NCBI GenBank assembly: GCA_051362555.1
Contig: CM120648.1
Coordinates: 5,018,587 to 5,082,586, forward strand
DNA: 64,000 nt
Direction of reading: 5' to 3'
From: Lingula anatina
Taxonomy: Eukaryota > Animalia > Brachiopoda
Numbering within the stretch: position 1 is the stretch's first letter; the number at the start of each line of letters is the position of its first letter. Positions 1 to 64,000 of the stretch are shown here, piece after piece. The notes below the pieces were generated by a model. It did not search any database. It was not told where the DNA came from and saw nothing but the letters and a program-made list of their open reading frames with translations. The position numbers and the translations under genes are program-made.

Positions 1-154
1 TAAAAATAATAAACAATATTTGTTTACATGTACGTGTTGATTGCGTAAACAGGTGCAGGTCGGAATAGCCAATATATACCGAGGTTCCGTTATCAATTTC
101 CAAACCTTTGCTGTTCTAATTAAATTACCTTGATACCTGGTGTGACTTGCCATC

Positions 155-2348
155 ATGGAATTGGAACAAAATTATTTTATATTTTTGCCTCACATAATAG
201 GTAAGTGGTTTAGCTTTATTTTACTCATTCAACTGTTAGTACTTTTTAGAATTTTTTTTTATTTCTAATTATTTTATTAATTTGTTTATTTTGAAATTGT
301 AGCTCTAAGATAAAAAAATTAGATGTTGATTTCTTTTCTCTCTGTGATGGATAAGATATGCATTGTGTATTAGTGGGCAAAAATAACGCATATTTTAGTC
401 CAGAGTTTAAAAATCTTTCATCTACTCTGCCCCCGTCTTTCGTTGCGCGTGATTATAAAACGTAGACAATATTAGAATTTCTGTCTGTTAGAGCATCAGT
501 GTAGGGCCTAATTATAAGTTCTTTGCAGTTAATTATACCTTCATTTAAAAATATAATCTTTACACATATGGTACTTGAGGCACATTTTCTCTTCTGTTTC
601 ACAGGTTATTTGAGAATCCTCATGGGACTCGGGTTATTTCACTGTTTGCCTAACCACCCCGTCAAGGCTTTTTGGCTTTACACATTCAGTTTTGCTTTGG
701 ACATGGTAGACGGACCTATTGCAAAGTACCTTAATCAAAGTAAGTACCGTTAGGTCCTAAACAGAAAGCACAAACAAACAGCTGAAAAGAATTTTTGTTC
801 TCCAAAACCATATATCTTGTCTTATTATTGGAATTCTAACTTAGGATCAACATTTTGCCATTAATTTTATTTCAGTGAGTGTTTTTGGCACTCTCTTGGA
901 TACGATGAGCGACAGAGGAACGCTGCTCTGCATGTTAGCGAGACTGTGTCTCCTCTACCCCAGACATGCTTTCCTTTTTGTTGGAGTTGCGTGTACTGAT
1001 GTATCTAGTCAGTGGATGCACGGCTACAGGTGGGTTATGTAACCAACTTACTAAATAAATAAGTAAGTAAATAAGTAAATAAATAACTTTCTTATTCGTT
1101 GAAATAACGGAACTAGGATACCTAGCTTACTTTACTTTTTATTAGAAAAAACATCGATATATCTACGGGTGTATCTAGTCATTGGATGCACGCGGCTACA
1201 TGTGTTTCTGTTCTCAGAAGAAATACCAGTCAAGTGCGGCGCCCAGTGATGATAATGGCAGTGCAGGCCCGTAGCCGGGGGAGGGGGAGGGGGAGGGGTT
1301 GCCGAGAAAAGGTGCCCTCTGGGTAAAATTTTATTTATGGAGGCTTCATGGTAAAAGGTCCACTTTTTCAGAAAAAAAAAAAACACTTTTGAAATTGCTG
1401 GCAACGGGCCTGCAGTGGATGGCAATACAGAGAAACTGCATAAATTTTGCTGCTAACTTTGAGACCATTCGTGTTGTCCATATGGGTCAATTATAATTAA
1501 GGAGTGTTGAACTATTTTTAACGCAAAAGCGACTGAATAGATGCTACAAAAACTCCCTAGCACTTTTAGGGTGTAGCGCTTGTGACTCAAATATCGCCCA
1601 TTTATGTGTCCAAGTATAGAAATAGCTGTAAAAATGCGAGAAAAAATTGTTTTTTCAATTTCCTAAACGAAACCTCGGTTTGAGTACAGTCAGGGGTTAT
1701 ATCTAGCTTGATTTTTGATCCATCATTTTCATTTTTATTTCAGTTCACTTTTGCTTGGAAGCAGAACTTACCAGACAATCGGCCTAGAGTGCATGCCATT
1801 CCTTTCGCTTCCTAAATTCACAGTAATAATTAACTTATTATGTTCTTAGTAGGCTTTAAGGATATGTATACTAATGGATAAGCGTAACTGAAATATACAT
1901 TTAAGTTCAAAAACCAATGCTATTATAGTTTTTAATAATTTACTTACTTATTCACTAATGCATGACCATAATAGTTTACTATGTTAATAAATGAATATCT
2001 TGGTATTTTATTTTCCAGAAAAAGGTGATATTTTGCGGAAGCATATTATGTTATGGATTGTTATACTTCACCACCTTCACCAAAGGACCGCGAGGTTAGT
2101 ATGCCCGGGTATTAATGTTGGTTAATTTCAGGATGGGCATATGCTCATGAAGTCAAGTTCCTTTGTTATAGGCCTAATATGTGGTAATTATGAATATGAC
2201 CGTCTTAACATTAAAATGGCGAAATAATGTAGCTTTTTCATTAAAAAAAGAAAGAAAAAGTGAAGCATGGCGTTCCAACAGTCATTGTGATCAACGTCCT
2301 ATACTTTCTACCATTTGCCAAGGGCTGATGACGTTATTTTTGTGCAAA

Positions 2349-2387
<39 letters not shown>

Positions 2388-2851
2388 AAATAGAATTAGC
2401 CAGAAAAATATGTGTGATTATGTAGTGAAAAAAGATCTCTTTGTGACCTGTGTAACCCTGGCAGGAGGGGGGGGGGGGGGGCGTTGGGCCCCACGAACAA
2501 GAAAAACACGTTCGTAAGTTTCTTCAGGAAAAAAAAAACGAAAATAAAATATTGTTTTTAAAGTATATATTGACATTATAGTTACATTGTAGGCCTGCAT
2601 TGTTTACCTTTTATTGCCATTGCTATCCTCCCCGCTGAATAACGTAAGAGTACATAAAGTATATTTCATTTTCAGTTCCTGGTGTAAAAATGGGGCTGTG
2701 GCAGGTGATCTGTATTGGCTGTTCTCCATTCGCTGCCCTCCAGGTGGGTAAGACTCTAGTTGAGCTGGGAGAGGCCACCCTCATCATGGCGGCTCTGGAC
2801 GCCCAGAAGGCTCAGAAGACGGGAATAATTATGAGGGCTTTGGTTTCTTGA
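155..2851 (+). CDS. CDIPT: Divergent CDP-diacylglycerol--inositol 3-phosphatidyltransferase (PI synthase)-like CDP-alcohol phosphotransferase, 6 exons, about 221 aa
   Basis: Exons 155-200, 605-739, 876-1029, 1744-1822, 2019-2094, 2676-2851, all GT-AG and phase-consistent. Translation MELEQNYFIFLPHIIGYLRI...ALDMVDGPIAKYLNQMSVFGTLLDTMSDR...MAALDAQKAQK carries the CDP-alcohol motif DxxDGxxA(R/K)...GxxxDxxxDR and follows PIS family architecture end to end. Confidence 0.85.
1264..1412. mobile_element. MITE family B (CAGGCCCGTAGCC...GGCAACGGGCCTG termini), 5-bp TSD
   Basis: Imperfect terminal inverted repeats; CAGTG duplicated on both flanks (1259-1263, 1413-1417); related copy near 9590-9732. Confidence 0.7.
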
Positions 2852-3119
2852 TCTGAGCAAGGAGGTGTATGAGACTGAGGACAAGAAAATCATGGCTGGG
2901 AAGATATTACAGGACATGTCCATAAAGGAACTTTCATTGATCGAATTTTTATTTTTTATCGTTTTTAACGGCAAATTACTAATCGTCATACTCCGAAAAT
3001 TGAAGGTATTAACTATGGTTTTACAGCTTGTATTTAATACTACAATATTTTAGCATTTTGTTATTGTTAATTCTACCGAACTTATAAGGATTTTAGACTT
3101 TAAATAAATATTATGATCA

Positions 3120-3166
<47 letters not shown>

Positions 3167-3289
3167 CTCCGTGCAATTTAATGTTGGTGCCGTCGAAAAA
3201 AAAAACGAGGCTTTTAAAGTTCCACTTCAATTTAAAGCTTAATTTTTATTGTGTTATATTTAAACTTGACTTTGTTTTAGAACGGTTTT

Positions 3290-3334
<45 letters not shown>

Positions 3335-3994
3335 TTCTATATGTTTCTATTTTTTTCATCCCTGAGGTGGTAATAAAATAAAATGAAATGAAATAAAATG
3401 AGATATGCAATTAATTGCATGATGCTGGTCTGTCGCCTTGCTTAGACATTGAGAAGGCCCTTTGATGATTTACAGGTAGGCCTACGGGTGCATGACAGTG
3501 GCGGATCTACCAGTAGTTTAAAATTATAACAATCGAATCGAGACAATACAAAACAATTCTACCGTTTCTGTACCTTACATGCATGTACGATAATATCAGT
3601 TTACTCGTCCGCTCGGCCTGCAATTTTGTTTTCTCCTTGCCCCACCCCTTCCCAGCCTCTATCTTACCATGATTATTCGTCCATGATCTTCCCCTCGCAA
3701 TAACAGATCTGTGCAGAAGAGAAGCGCGTATCCTGCATATTACGATGATATTATATAATGACAGCTACTGAAGGATAAAGATGGATGCATCGTTTTTCTA
3801 TTTTAATCAACGTGCACTTTATACAAAAAGCTTTAATTTGAAGTGATAACGTTAACAGCTCTTTGTTTGAGCGGGAAAAGTGCCTTAAAATTAATTTCTC
3901 TGGGGTAAACGAGAATTTTCCCTATTGCTTTATTTATATCAATGGTTAATAAATCCATTCTGACATTCAAAGCTAGTAGATTAAAAGCGTGATT

Positions 3995-4030
<36 letters not shown>

Positions 4031-4513
4031 AGGCCTACTGCATACACAGAGGTCAACATGCATGCACAGGTTTTGAACAGAATAATTGCGATAACCGCCA
4101 GTTATGTAGTAAATTGGAAATTATTATTTTTCTTTGTGTTAATTGCTTACGGTGTATTTCTTTTGAAATTTTGATTCTCATATGAAGGGTTGCTATCTTT
4201 TTAACAAAATATGCAGGAATGAGATATCGGGTCGCAGTGTCAGGCCTTGACTGTTGGCACATGACCTCACTTGCACGTTACTCGTCATGTGACCAAACAT
4301 GACCTAGTTTACATAACCTGTGCAAACGAAGGGGTTTGGTCCTGTGCTATGCCACACATTTTATGGGAATTGACTGTTATATCGGCTTGGTGTGGTCTTA
4401 AACTTACAGAGGGTATTCTCAGGACGCCTGTGCACGCTGTGAAGTCACTTAACTACATTTTATTTGGAGATTCTGTCAAGATATTCGAGAGAGAAAAAGA
4501 CCGACATTGTACA

Positions 4514-7079
4514 ATGGCTTCGGCCTCGAAAGGCCTGCCGGCCGAAGTGGCCAAGATTGGCAAAAACCTAGTCAAAAGTGCGACATCAGGAGAGGTAACC
4601 AGATACGATTTTTCTAAATCAGAAAAAGGTTTAAGTTTTGAAATTTTAATTTCAGGTGGTCAAAGATAATTTCAATATTCGTATATCTTAACTTTACCCT
4701 GCAAATCCAACGTACACTTTACTCAGTGTATGTACATGTATTATCGGCGTGTACAGTAGTACTGGAGTATCTCCACTTGAAGTCCAAGGTCTTCTGTCTC
4801 GTTCAGTCGTAAACAGTCATAGTGCCCTGTGGAATTGCTATATCTTAGTTTAACCAAGAGGATTGTTTAATAAACAATGTGGAATTACAAGCTTAAAGTC
4901 TCTGTAGATCTCTTCTAAGTTTGATTTTATTATTATTATTACTGCTACTACATGTATGAAGCTGTTCAACAATCTCACTCTTTTATACCAACTCATTTAA
5001 TGCAAGAGAAAGTCTTTTGAACTCTTAATGAAAACATTTTAACTAGAGTATACAGTCTTTTTCGCTGATTAAATACATGATTGCCTTTTGTCAAGTCAGA
5101 TCTCAGAACAGAAGAATTCTTTATAATTACAGATGGTTGCCATAGAAAGCTTCTGGGAAAAACAAGCATGCATGATCACATTTTTGCGTCGTTTTGGATG
5201 ACAGTTCTGTCGCCTCGCCTCACGCGAGATCAGCACCCTGAAGCCCCAGCTGGACTCCCATAACGTACGCATGGTTGCAGTCGGGCTGGAGGAGGTTGGG
5301 GTGGAGGACTACATGAAGGGGAACTATTTTTCAGGAGGTACATGACAATGAAACCGAATTTCTGTGTAATTTGAAGAAAAATCAATTTTTTTAATACCGT
5401 TACAGTATTTACCATTGTGACTTGTACATGCTTGGACTTCTGTCTATAGTTTAGTCTTTCTTGACTCTTGATAATAATAGCAATGATGATAATGATTATT
5501 ATAATAGTAAGGATAATTTAAATAATTATTTTAAAATACATATCTTTTTGCCGCTTTTAACATATTTTTACATTAACCAAAATTTTAGCACTTTTCTCTT
5601 AATATGTGGTGAATAAAGATGTCCTAATTCTAAAAATGCACGAGAAGCATGCACATTGACACTTTCTCAGCTTAGTCATGTCATGTGTAATATCTGGCCG
5701 CAAGCACCACCTGGTTTAGGCCTGGGTAACAAACACTCAATTAATGTATTGTTATTTCATTCTTTAAATTTTAATTTAAATGTGTTTTCTATTTGCAGAG
5801 GTTTATATTGATCAAAAACAGCAATGCTATAAAGACATGGGGTATAAAAGGTAAATATGAAATAATATTATGTTGATATTAATATTGAAAAAGAATATTA
5901 GTTTTTACTCACTAGTTTTGGTGGGCGAAGACAAGCAGTTATGTTGAAAGGTCTATTAAATACAGTATAAGTAAATACTTTGTTACTGATATCGTCATGG
6001 CTAAATATATATTTCAGATATGGTATACTGAGTGGTCTTATGTCCATCCTTAAGAAAGTGTCAAGAGCAGCTATGGCAAAGGTAAAGTCTTAACAAACCA
6101 AAAATTATAATTAAAATAAGGAGCTGGTGTTGGATGATCTATTTTTTATACCTAATGATTACGCTTACACAGAAACACTCATAAATGTATTACTAATCTG
6201 AAGTGTTACCCACTGTGGAAAATCCTAAAAGATTTTCAAGAGTACCTGTCCATTCACTGTAACACAAGTCTAAGAATTAATTTAAATTATTTTTTATTTC
6301 CAAATGATTCATTTATTTTACAGGCAAAAGAACAAAACATCACTGGTGATTTTAAGGGTGATGGGTTCCAAAATGGTGGAACCATAATTGTATCTGCAGG
6401 TATGTACAGTGTAGGAAAGATCTACAAAGTTTATCCAAATTTAAATGACCAAAGTAATGAAATTCCAGCTAAAGATAACCAGATTTACATTAGGTTTAGG
6501 CACAAATTTGCTGCATATGATAATGATTAGAGTATATGATATTATTGAGTAGAATTCAGAATCAACCTAGACTTGTTATAAGGGAGTGCAGGCTATTAAA
6601 GGACTTTGTGCATTGTTTTTTGCTTTTTTTTGTCCTATAGGTGGCAGTGAGTGTCTTCTGAACTGGCGTCAAGAGAATCCAGGAGAACATGTTCCACTAG
6701 AAGATGTTCTCAAAGCACTTGGAATAGATGGTAAGATATTTTACTTTGTATCTGGTTAATTTGCACCACCAACTTGAGAGCCTGGGCTGCACAAGGTTTT
6801 TACCTGGAGCTCATTTTTTCCTGTACTTAGGCATTAAGCATTTGGCATTAAAGCCTTATGTTACAAAAAGTAAATAATTTGTATAATAAACATTTGAACT
6901 TAAACTTACTTGCATTCGATTTGTATTTCAAAGCAACAAAATTCATCTTAATAAATATGCAGATGTTGTTCACAATTTCAAAACAATTATTTATAACTAT
7001 AGGTGGAGCACCTGCCACAGAAAAGAAAGCTGAGGCGCCAAAAGTGGTTTGTGAAGATGATGTCTGCTACAAGAAATAG
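4514..7079 (+). CDS. PRXL2B: Peroxiredoxin-like 2B / prostamide-prostaglandin F synthase (FAM213B, SelU family) selenoprotein, 7 exons, about 214 aa, Sec at codon 50
   Basis: Exons 4514-4594, 5133-5337, 5799-5850, 6018-6081, 6324-6399, 6641-6730, 7003-7079. Translation includes FLRRFG-[TGA 5199-5201]-QFCR, RMVAVGLEEVG, GDFKGDGFQNGGT, QENPGEHV and the C-terminal VCEDDVCYKK; family similarity continues in frame past the TGA. Confidence 0.9.
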
Positions 7080-7878
7080 GCAGGTTTATTGGGAAAAGAG
7101 CTTTTGTTAAAGTTATATATATATTTCAAAGTCATTTTTAAAAATTAAATTTCAATAGCCAGCAGGCCAAGGCAATTTATATGGATAGGTTTAAAATCAA
7201 AATTCAAAATCGTACATGTACTGCGAAGGAAGTGTGATGGTACTTTTCCCTTGAAGTAATCTTTAAAAGTCTAAAATGCTAAACAATCTTGAACTTAATA
7301 TTTAGTTCTTTTCATATCTTAATAATTTTTTAAAATGAAAATACCATTGAGTCGACAAGTTAAAAATTAGCAATTCCATAGAATTTTCGAAATTTTTAAT
7401 TTTCAGAATGGGCTTAAAGGACTAGCGAAAGACCTCTGCAAGCAATGCTAAGGAATTGACACATTCGAAATAGGCTAAATGGACAAAAACAAGTCCACCA
7501 AATATTAAATAATATGGATCCCATAGAGATGATGCTTTGATTGGTAATTTAATTAATATTTTTTTTGTGAATTTTTTATTACAAATTAGAGCACAATGCA
7601 TACCCAGGTGCTTAAAGCAGGCTAATTGTTCAAAATAGCATATTTGCAATTTAGAAAGTCATTTATTTGACTATAAAAACTTTTTAATTGAACAAATTAT
7701 AAAAGTTGTAAGATCATAAGCTTTTAGAATGATAAAAAGTGTAAAGCTAAGCAGAGGGTTTTCTTGGACCTTTTTTTATTTATTTTTGTTCATCTCAGCA
7801 TATTAGTTTTCCGTAATATTAAATGTACCAGTTAAGAAAACAAGTACCATATCACACCCAGACACTGTCTCCTCTTGC

Positions 7879-7951
7879 ACAGAGTTGCCACCTATGAAGC
7901 TAGACTGGGAATCTTTTGGGACTGGTCTGGTGGATGACCTTTGACCTCTGT
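7879..7951 (+). promoter_or_regulatory. SECIS element (type II) in the PRXL2B/SelU 3' UTR
   Basis: ATGAA core (7894) and GGAT (7932); helix II GCTAGACTGG/CTGGTCTGGT (10 bp with G-U pairs); unpaired GAA then mini-stem TCT...GGA; helix I ACAGAGTTG/TGACCTCTGT. About 800 nt after the stop codon. Confidence 0.85.
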
Positions 7952-8189
7952 CAAGGTCAGACAGTGTTCAAGGCTGTGAATATGGGCCTTGTCACTCTTG
8001 TTTAAGCCAGTTGACCTTTCAGTGTAATACTTTTAAAAGATTTAACAAAAATGGACTTTAGCCATATGTTTGTTGACAGTTTATTCAATTGGCATGACAT
8101 TTGTTCAGGGACTTTATATAAACAACAATTTTTTTCTAAAATAATTAATAAATACATTGAATTGGAATTCCTTGTTACAATTGTTATAT

Positions 8190-8450
8190 CACATGTGAAA
8201 ATGTCTCATTTAAAGCCCACTTATGGTTCTCAATCTGTCCTAGAACAATGTTTTTCTCATTTTATGAAAATTGATCTTAATCTGTTCTAGGACATTCTGA
8301 AGGACTTCCAAAAAACAGTTCTCGAACTGTTACATTATGTGACATTCATTACGGAACAATGTTAGAACTGTAAAAAAAAAACATACACCAAATGTTAAGA
8401 ACAGATTGAGAACCTTAAGTGAACGTTAAACAAGACAGAATTTCACTGGG
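8190..8450. mobile_element. Degenerate MITE-like element with about 55-bp inverted arms
   Basis: cacttatggttctcaatctgtcct (about 8218-8241) is inverted at agaacagattgagaaccttaagtg (about 8398-8421); outer arms gtgaaaatgtctc / gacagaatttcac. Confidence 0.5.
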
Positions 8451-9589
8451 GTTCTTTGTACTCTTATGTCATACAATGGAATAAGAATTTGTGTGTCGTC
8501 AAAACCAGTTTGACATACACTGTACAATATTTCTGTACATTTTTTAACATTATCTTAATAACACATATGAGCTAGGAGATCCATATCCTGAAGCTCACAC
8601 GTAGTTTTCTGAACATCCCCCTCCACACACACACACAAAATAAAGTTAAGTAAAGAAGTACAAACTGACAAAAATATTCATGTATTCAAAACTTTAGTCT
8701 CCCTATTCTTATAATCAAGTCAAAGCACCGGGGTAAGTTTTTAGTCAGGATGGCCAAGGAGGGATCCAGCCATCCCAGTGTCCCATCTGGGAAAGTGCCA
8801 GCTGTCCCGTATTCCATCAAAACCTCGATAACTTAAAATATTTACTGTATATTATTACCTTTCAAATAATTCTGATCATGCACCTTTTGGAAGACCCTGT
8901 AACAAAATCAAAATCGACTCCATCATATGTTAGAATATTTGAGCACACCGTTAGCCTCACTCTCACCCAACATTATCTTATGAGACCTGAAATGTATGTA
9001 AAACTTTAAACTAAAGTCTTGAATGTTTTCCACTGAGCATTTGTCAGTAACGTTCAAAAATAAACGTACAGTTTACATTGTAATAAAATTAAAACCCGCA
9101 TCTGTATCACTGTGGCAACAAAAATTTCATAACTTCTCACTATTCCGAATCTTCTAAATACCTTAACCAATAAATAAGTTAACACATATATAATATGCAT
9201 ATTTTCCTATGAATGTAAATTTCTGACTTGCAGAACAAATCCACAATTATTCCTCAATAACATTTGAGATAATTTTGTATTGCACCTCAAACTGAAAATT
9301 TCTTTCTGAGTCCAAGCATACAAATAAGCACCATATATACATTTTCAACTCCACTCCCTTCCACTCTTCAAATATGATCACATGATCTTGTCACATGATC
9401 ACCACCATTGACTAGACATGATCCAAATAAAGGCTGTTCGAAAAATCAGTTTTTTTTTTCACATAAAAGTATCAAATCATTTTTTTCTCGATAATTCAGA
9501 TATTTTAAAGTCTTTCATACATGTATGTGGCCTGATCAAACCATTAATTATTAAATATAAATCTCATTATTTTGAGAAAAACGGATATT

Positions 9590-9732
9590 GGGCTCGTAGC
9601 CAGGGGGAGTTGGGATGAACCACCCTTTTTACCAGGAAAAGGTCCACTCTGGGGAAGATTTAATCTAGTTATACAAAGGTCCACTATTTCAGAAAAAGAC
9701 CAACCCCTTTGAAATTGCTGGCTAAGGGCCTT
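9590..9732. mobile_element. Second, degenerate copy of MITE family B
   Basis: gggctcgtagccagggg...aaaggtccact...gaaattgctggctaagggcc matches the 1264-1412 element. Confidence 0.6.
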
Positions 9733-10196
9733 GGTATATATGTATGAAACAATGGATCACAGCATGCACCTACTTGGTGGACACTACGCACCTTTAAACC
9801 TCTAAATAACCTGGTTGAATTTTTCTATCTAATCTCTACTTCTTTACAATCTCTACAATCACTGGGAATATGGAATAATATTTGAAAGATTTTTGGGAAT
9901 GAAACTTCCACTTGTGGCCTCAAAATGTGTGACTTTTAACTTTACTTAAAAATAAACTTGATACCTATCTGTTCAACATCTGTACATAAATGTTATGTAC
10001 AACAAGAAAAAAAGAAAAATCCACCACAAATAAAGTGGATTTTCTTTGTCACTAAATGGTGGAATATTTTGATCACTCATTCATAAAATGAACAACAGTC
10101 ATTAAAACACGACAAGGCTTTTTCCTCGTTGGACTCTACACTCCTGTGACCTAGTTACCATCCACAAAAACAGGAAAGAAGAAATTTTAAGAAATG

Positions 10197-58862
<48,666 letters not shown>

Positions 58863-59389
58863 AATTCTATACTACTGACTGAAGTCCGGAGATAAGTTAC
58901 GTCAGGTCTCAATATGGCGGAATATGTCATTTCAGGCCAGACTGATTAGGCAGGTCCTTCATAGTTATATTTCACATGTCCTGTTCTTTATTCTTATTGC
59001 TTTTAAATCATCTTACGTAGTTTCACTCAGCAAATCTTCAATTAATGACTCACTATCAAGTTTAAAATGTAGGGGGATTCCGATCACGAGCTTATCCTTG
59101 CATGATTGTGATGACAGCAAATTGGTTTATAAGTGCTTTGTCACAATTAATGATATATTTTTTTTAGAATACTGTTTTTCAAATATGACAAAAAGTTGCT
59201 TAGTTCTAATCCATATTCCAAGAAGTATTCAGATGATAAAGTACATATCCTGGGATGACAGCTGGCTCTGGTTCTAATATGACTGCCTCTTGGCTTTAGC
59301 CAGCTGCTTCTCTGACCTCAGAGTGAAAATGACCTTCGGGGGTCACAGTCGCCATATCGTTTGCAGACAGCTACAAGGTCATTTTGCCG
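58863..59389. promoter_or_regulatory. Probable bidirectional promoter CLCN6/enolase plus enolase non-coding first exon
   Basis: CLCN6 ATG at 58862 (-); YY1-like AATATGGCGG at 58911-58920 and TTACGTCA nearby; strong + strand donor CCG|gtaagt at 59390 that could splice to the acceptor at 61316 before the enolase ATG. Confidence 0.5.
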
Positions 59390-60312
59390 GTAAGTATTAC
59401 TCCTTAAATATCTTAAACTCATGAGAAAATTAAAACTTTATTCAGTAATATCAGCTTGCATAGTGTTCGTCCATACTGTGTTCCAACTTAGGGAAATGTT
59501 ATTTCGAACTTTTTGTGTTTTCTTAGTTTTTATGCAAGGATGTATGTTTTTCGACCTTGGTCTGATCTCCTTTTTTCTCCTCATGTGACAAGCTCCACGT
59601 TTTTATTATTAAAATGACAGTATTTTTTCTCTTTTGCCCAAGTAGGACACATCTGCAATCCTTCAAACAAGTCTGTATGTGGTGTTATTAGTTTTTATAT
59701 GATCTCTCTAAATAAACATTATTACAGTTTCGCATAATTTAGTATTTGACCTTTATTTTAACAATGCCATTAACAAAGGTCCTAACTAACAGTCCAGAAG
59801 GTACAAATAGTACTGATCCAAAGATCCCGCAGTGAGTTGCAGTATAATGTGTCTAAAGAATCTTTAATATCTTCACTCTTGCACTTTTTCTATAAACCTG
59901 CCACATGTGCTGAGTGAATTGAGTCATGGCAGGAAGTTCAGCCAACTCAGTCACTCCTTATGACAAGGATATTGTGGAAATCATGTTGTCTGTCAGGTAT
60001 TATACTAGTAAGGTAAATGAGTCTGGAAGCTAACTGACAATAGGCAAGTAGATTTGACTGCATGTCCAGCATGAGCTGAATTTCAGCGTGGAATATTTCA
60101 TGTATATGAAAAAAAATCATTTTAGTGAATTAGAAAGTTATTTATTTGGAAAGGTACATGAAATTAAAGTTCACTTTTTGAATGGTGCAAAATGGTTGGA
60201 ATTTTACCTTAATTTTAAGAAAGTCATGATTCCAGAGAGGTAGCATCAGTAGAATACGCATTTAATGCTCAGGCTTTATACATGTATATGTATGTTTGTA
60301 AATATTTAGTAA

Positions 60313-60377
<65 letters not shown>

Positions 60378-60380
<3 letters not shown>

Positions 60381-60444
60381 TTTACTTCCTGTATCATACA
60401 ATCAGACCAGGAAACAAGATTTTATATGACTGGCCCAATATAAT

Positions 60445-60493
<49 letters not shown>

Positions 60494-60641
60494 TTGACTT
60501 CCTGTATCACACAATCAGACCAGGAAACAAGATTTTATATGACTGGCCCAATATAATACAATATATATATACTTTACTTCCTGTATCACACAATCAGACC
60601 AGGAAACAAGATTTTATATGACTGGCTCAATATAATACAAT
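60378..60641. repeat. Three copies of an about 70-bp unit separated by (TA)n tracts
   Basis: acttcctgtatca..caatcagaccaggaaacaagattttatatgactggc.caatataatacaat occurs three times, each preceded by a TA run. Confidence 0.9.
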
Positions 60642-61339
60642 CACCAGTCTATGCACTGTGTATGTGCAACCTTTTCAAGGTAGATGTACAGCAGTGTTCA
60701 GGTGTATACTTCTGTCTACCTGTACAGGTGTGTACAGGTGTGTACAGGTGCTCATTGCCAGACAGCACTGACAGGTAATGATTTGCAGACATGGATATGT
60801 GAGCTGGAACACAATATTTCATAGGTGCCTCACTATAGCAGGTTTCTTGTTTTGGTCCATGTAAATTGATATCTCGGCATAAGACAGGTCTCATTGTTTG
60901 ACTGCCAGACACTGGGTGAAATATTATCTGACAGGTCAAGCACTATTTAGTTTTACTTAGTTCATGCAAAATTGTTTGCCATGGCAAACTTGTATTGTTC
61001 ATATATTTGGCACTTATGCTATTTCCCCCAGTCTTATAAGTGTTATTTTTTATCTTTTTTTTTAAGTTCACGTAATCATAGGTGGTGGCTACTGTCGATA
61101 GCTGTATAATTTTCTTACAATAAACAGATTACAGGAAACTTTCCCTCCCGGAAGTGACCTTGGCCCTGTTGTAGTCATAAGGGTTTTTAAGTCTCCTCCT
61201 ATCCCTGATTATATTATAAAATTTAATGCACTTCCAACTATAGTACAGAATATAAAGCTTGAGGAGGGCTATAACCCGTTGAAATAAATGTGTTTTATAT
61301 TTATTTTCTGCCCCAGTTTTCACCAGCTTAATCTCCAAG

Positions 61340-64000
<2,661 letters not shown>

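Noticed and set aside
4271-4513. N-terminal extension of the 132-aa ORF before MASASKG
   Set aside because: Starts at TTG in promoter/5' UTR sequence; the ATG at 4514 has good Kozak context and fits family length.
5199-5201. Premature stop suggesting a PRXL2B pseudogene
   Set aside because: The TGA sits at the catalytic Cys position, downstream exons are intact and a SECIS is present.

Overview
AT-rich, intron-rich animal genomic DNA, probably a lophotrochozoan such as a mollusc (inferred, not proven). Most entries in the ORF track are spurious; the real genes are spliced and were assembled by hand from splice sites and reading frames. In order: (1) a divergent 6-exon phosphatidylinositol-synthase (CDIPT/PIS)-like gene (+, 155-2851); (2) a 7-exon PRXL2B/FAM213B (SelU-family) gene (+, 4514-7079) with an in-frame TGA in a UxxC motif and a well-formed SECIS at 7879-7951, i.e. 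a selenoprotein; (3) a 22-exon CLCN6-like Cl-/H+ exchanger (-, 58862-10197) with a U12-type intron, a 9-copy tandem array of decoy splice acceptors and a 33-kb intron; (4) inside that intron on the + strand, a single-coding-exon RING/B-box/NHL TRIM gene (14766-16724) and a small secreted neuropeptide-precursor-like gene absent from the ORF track (20360-20462 + 41636-41838; predicted YHWF-amide); (5) the 5' part of enolase (+, from 61340), head-to-head with CLCN6. Introns carry several MITE/foldback families, including two with 5-bp target-site duplications, plus micro- and minisatellites.
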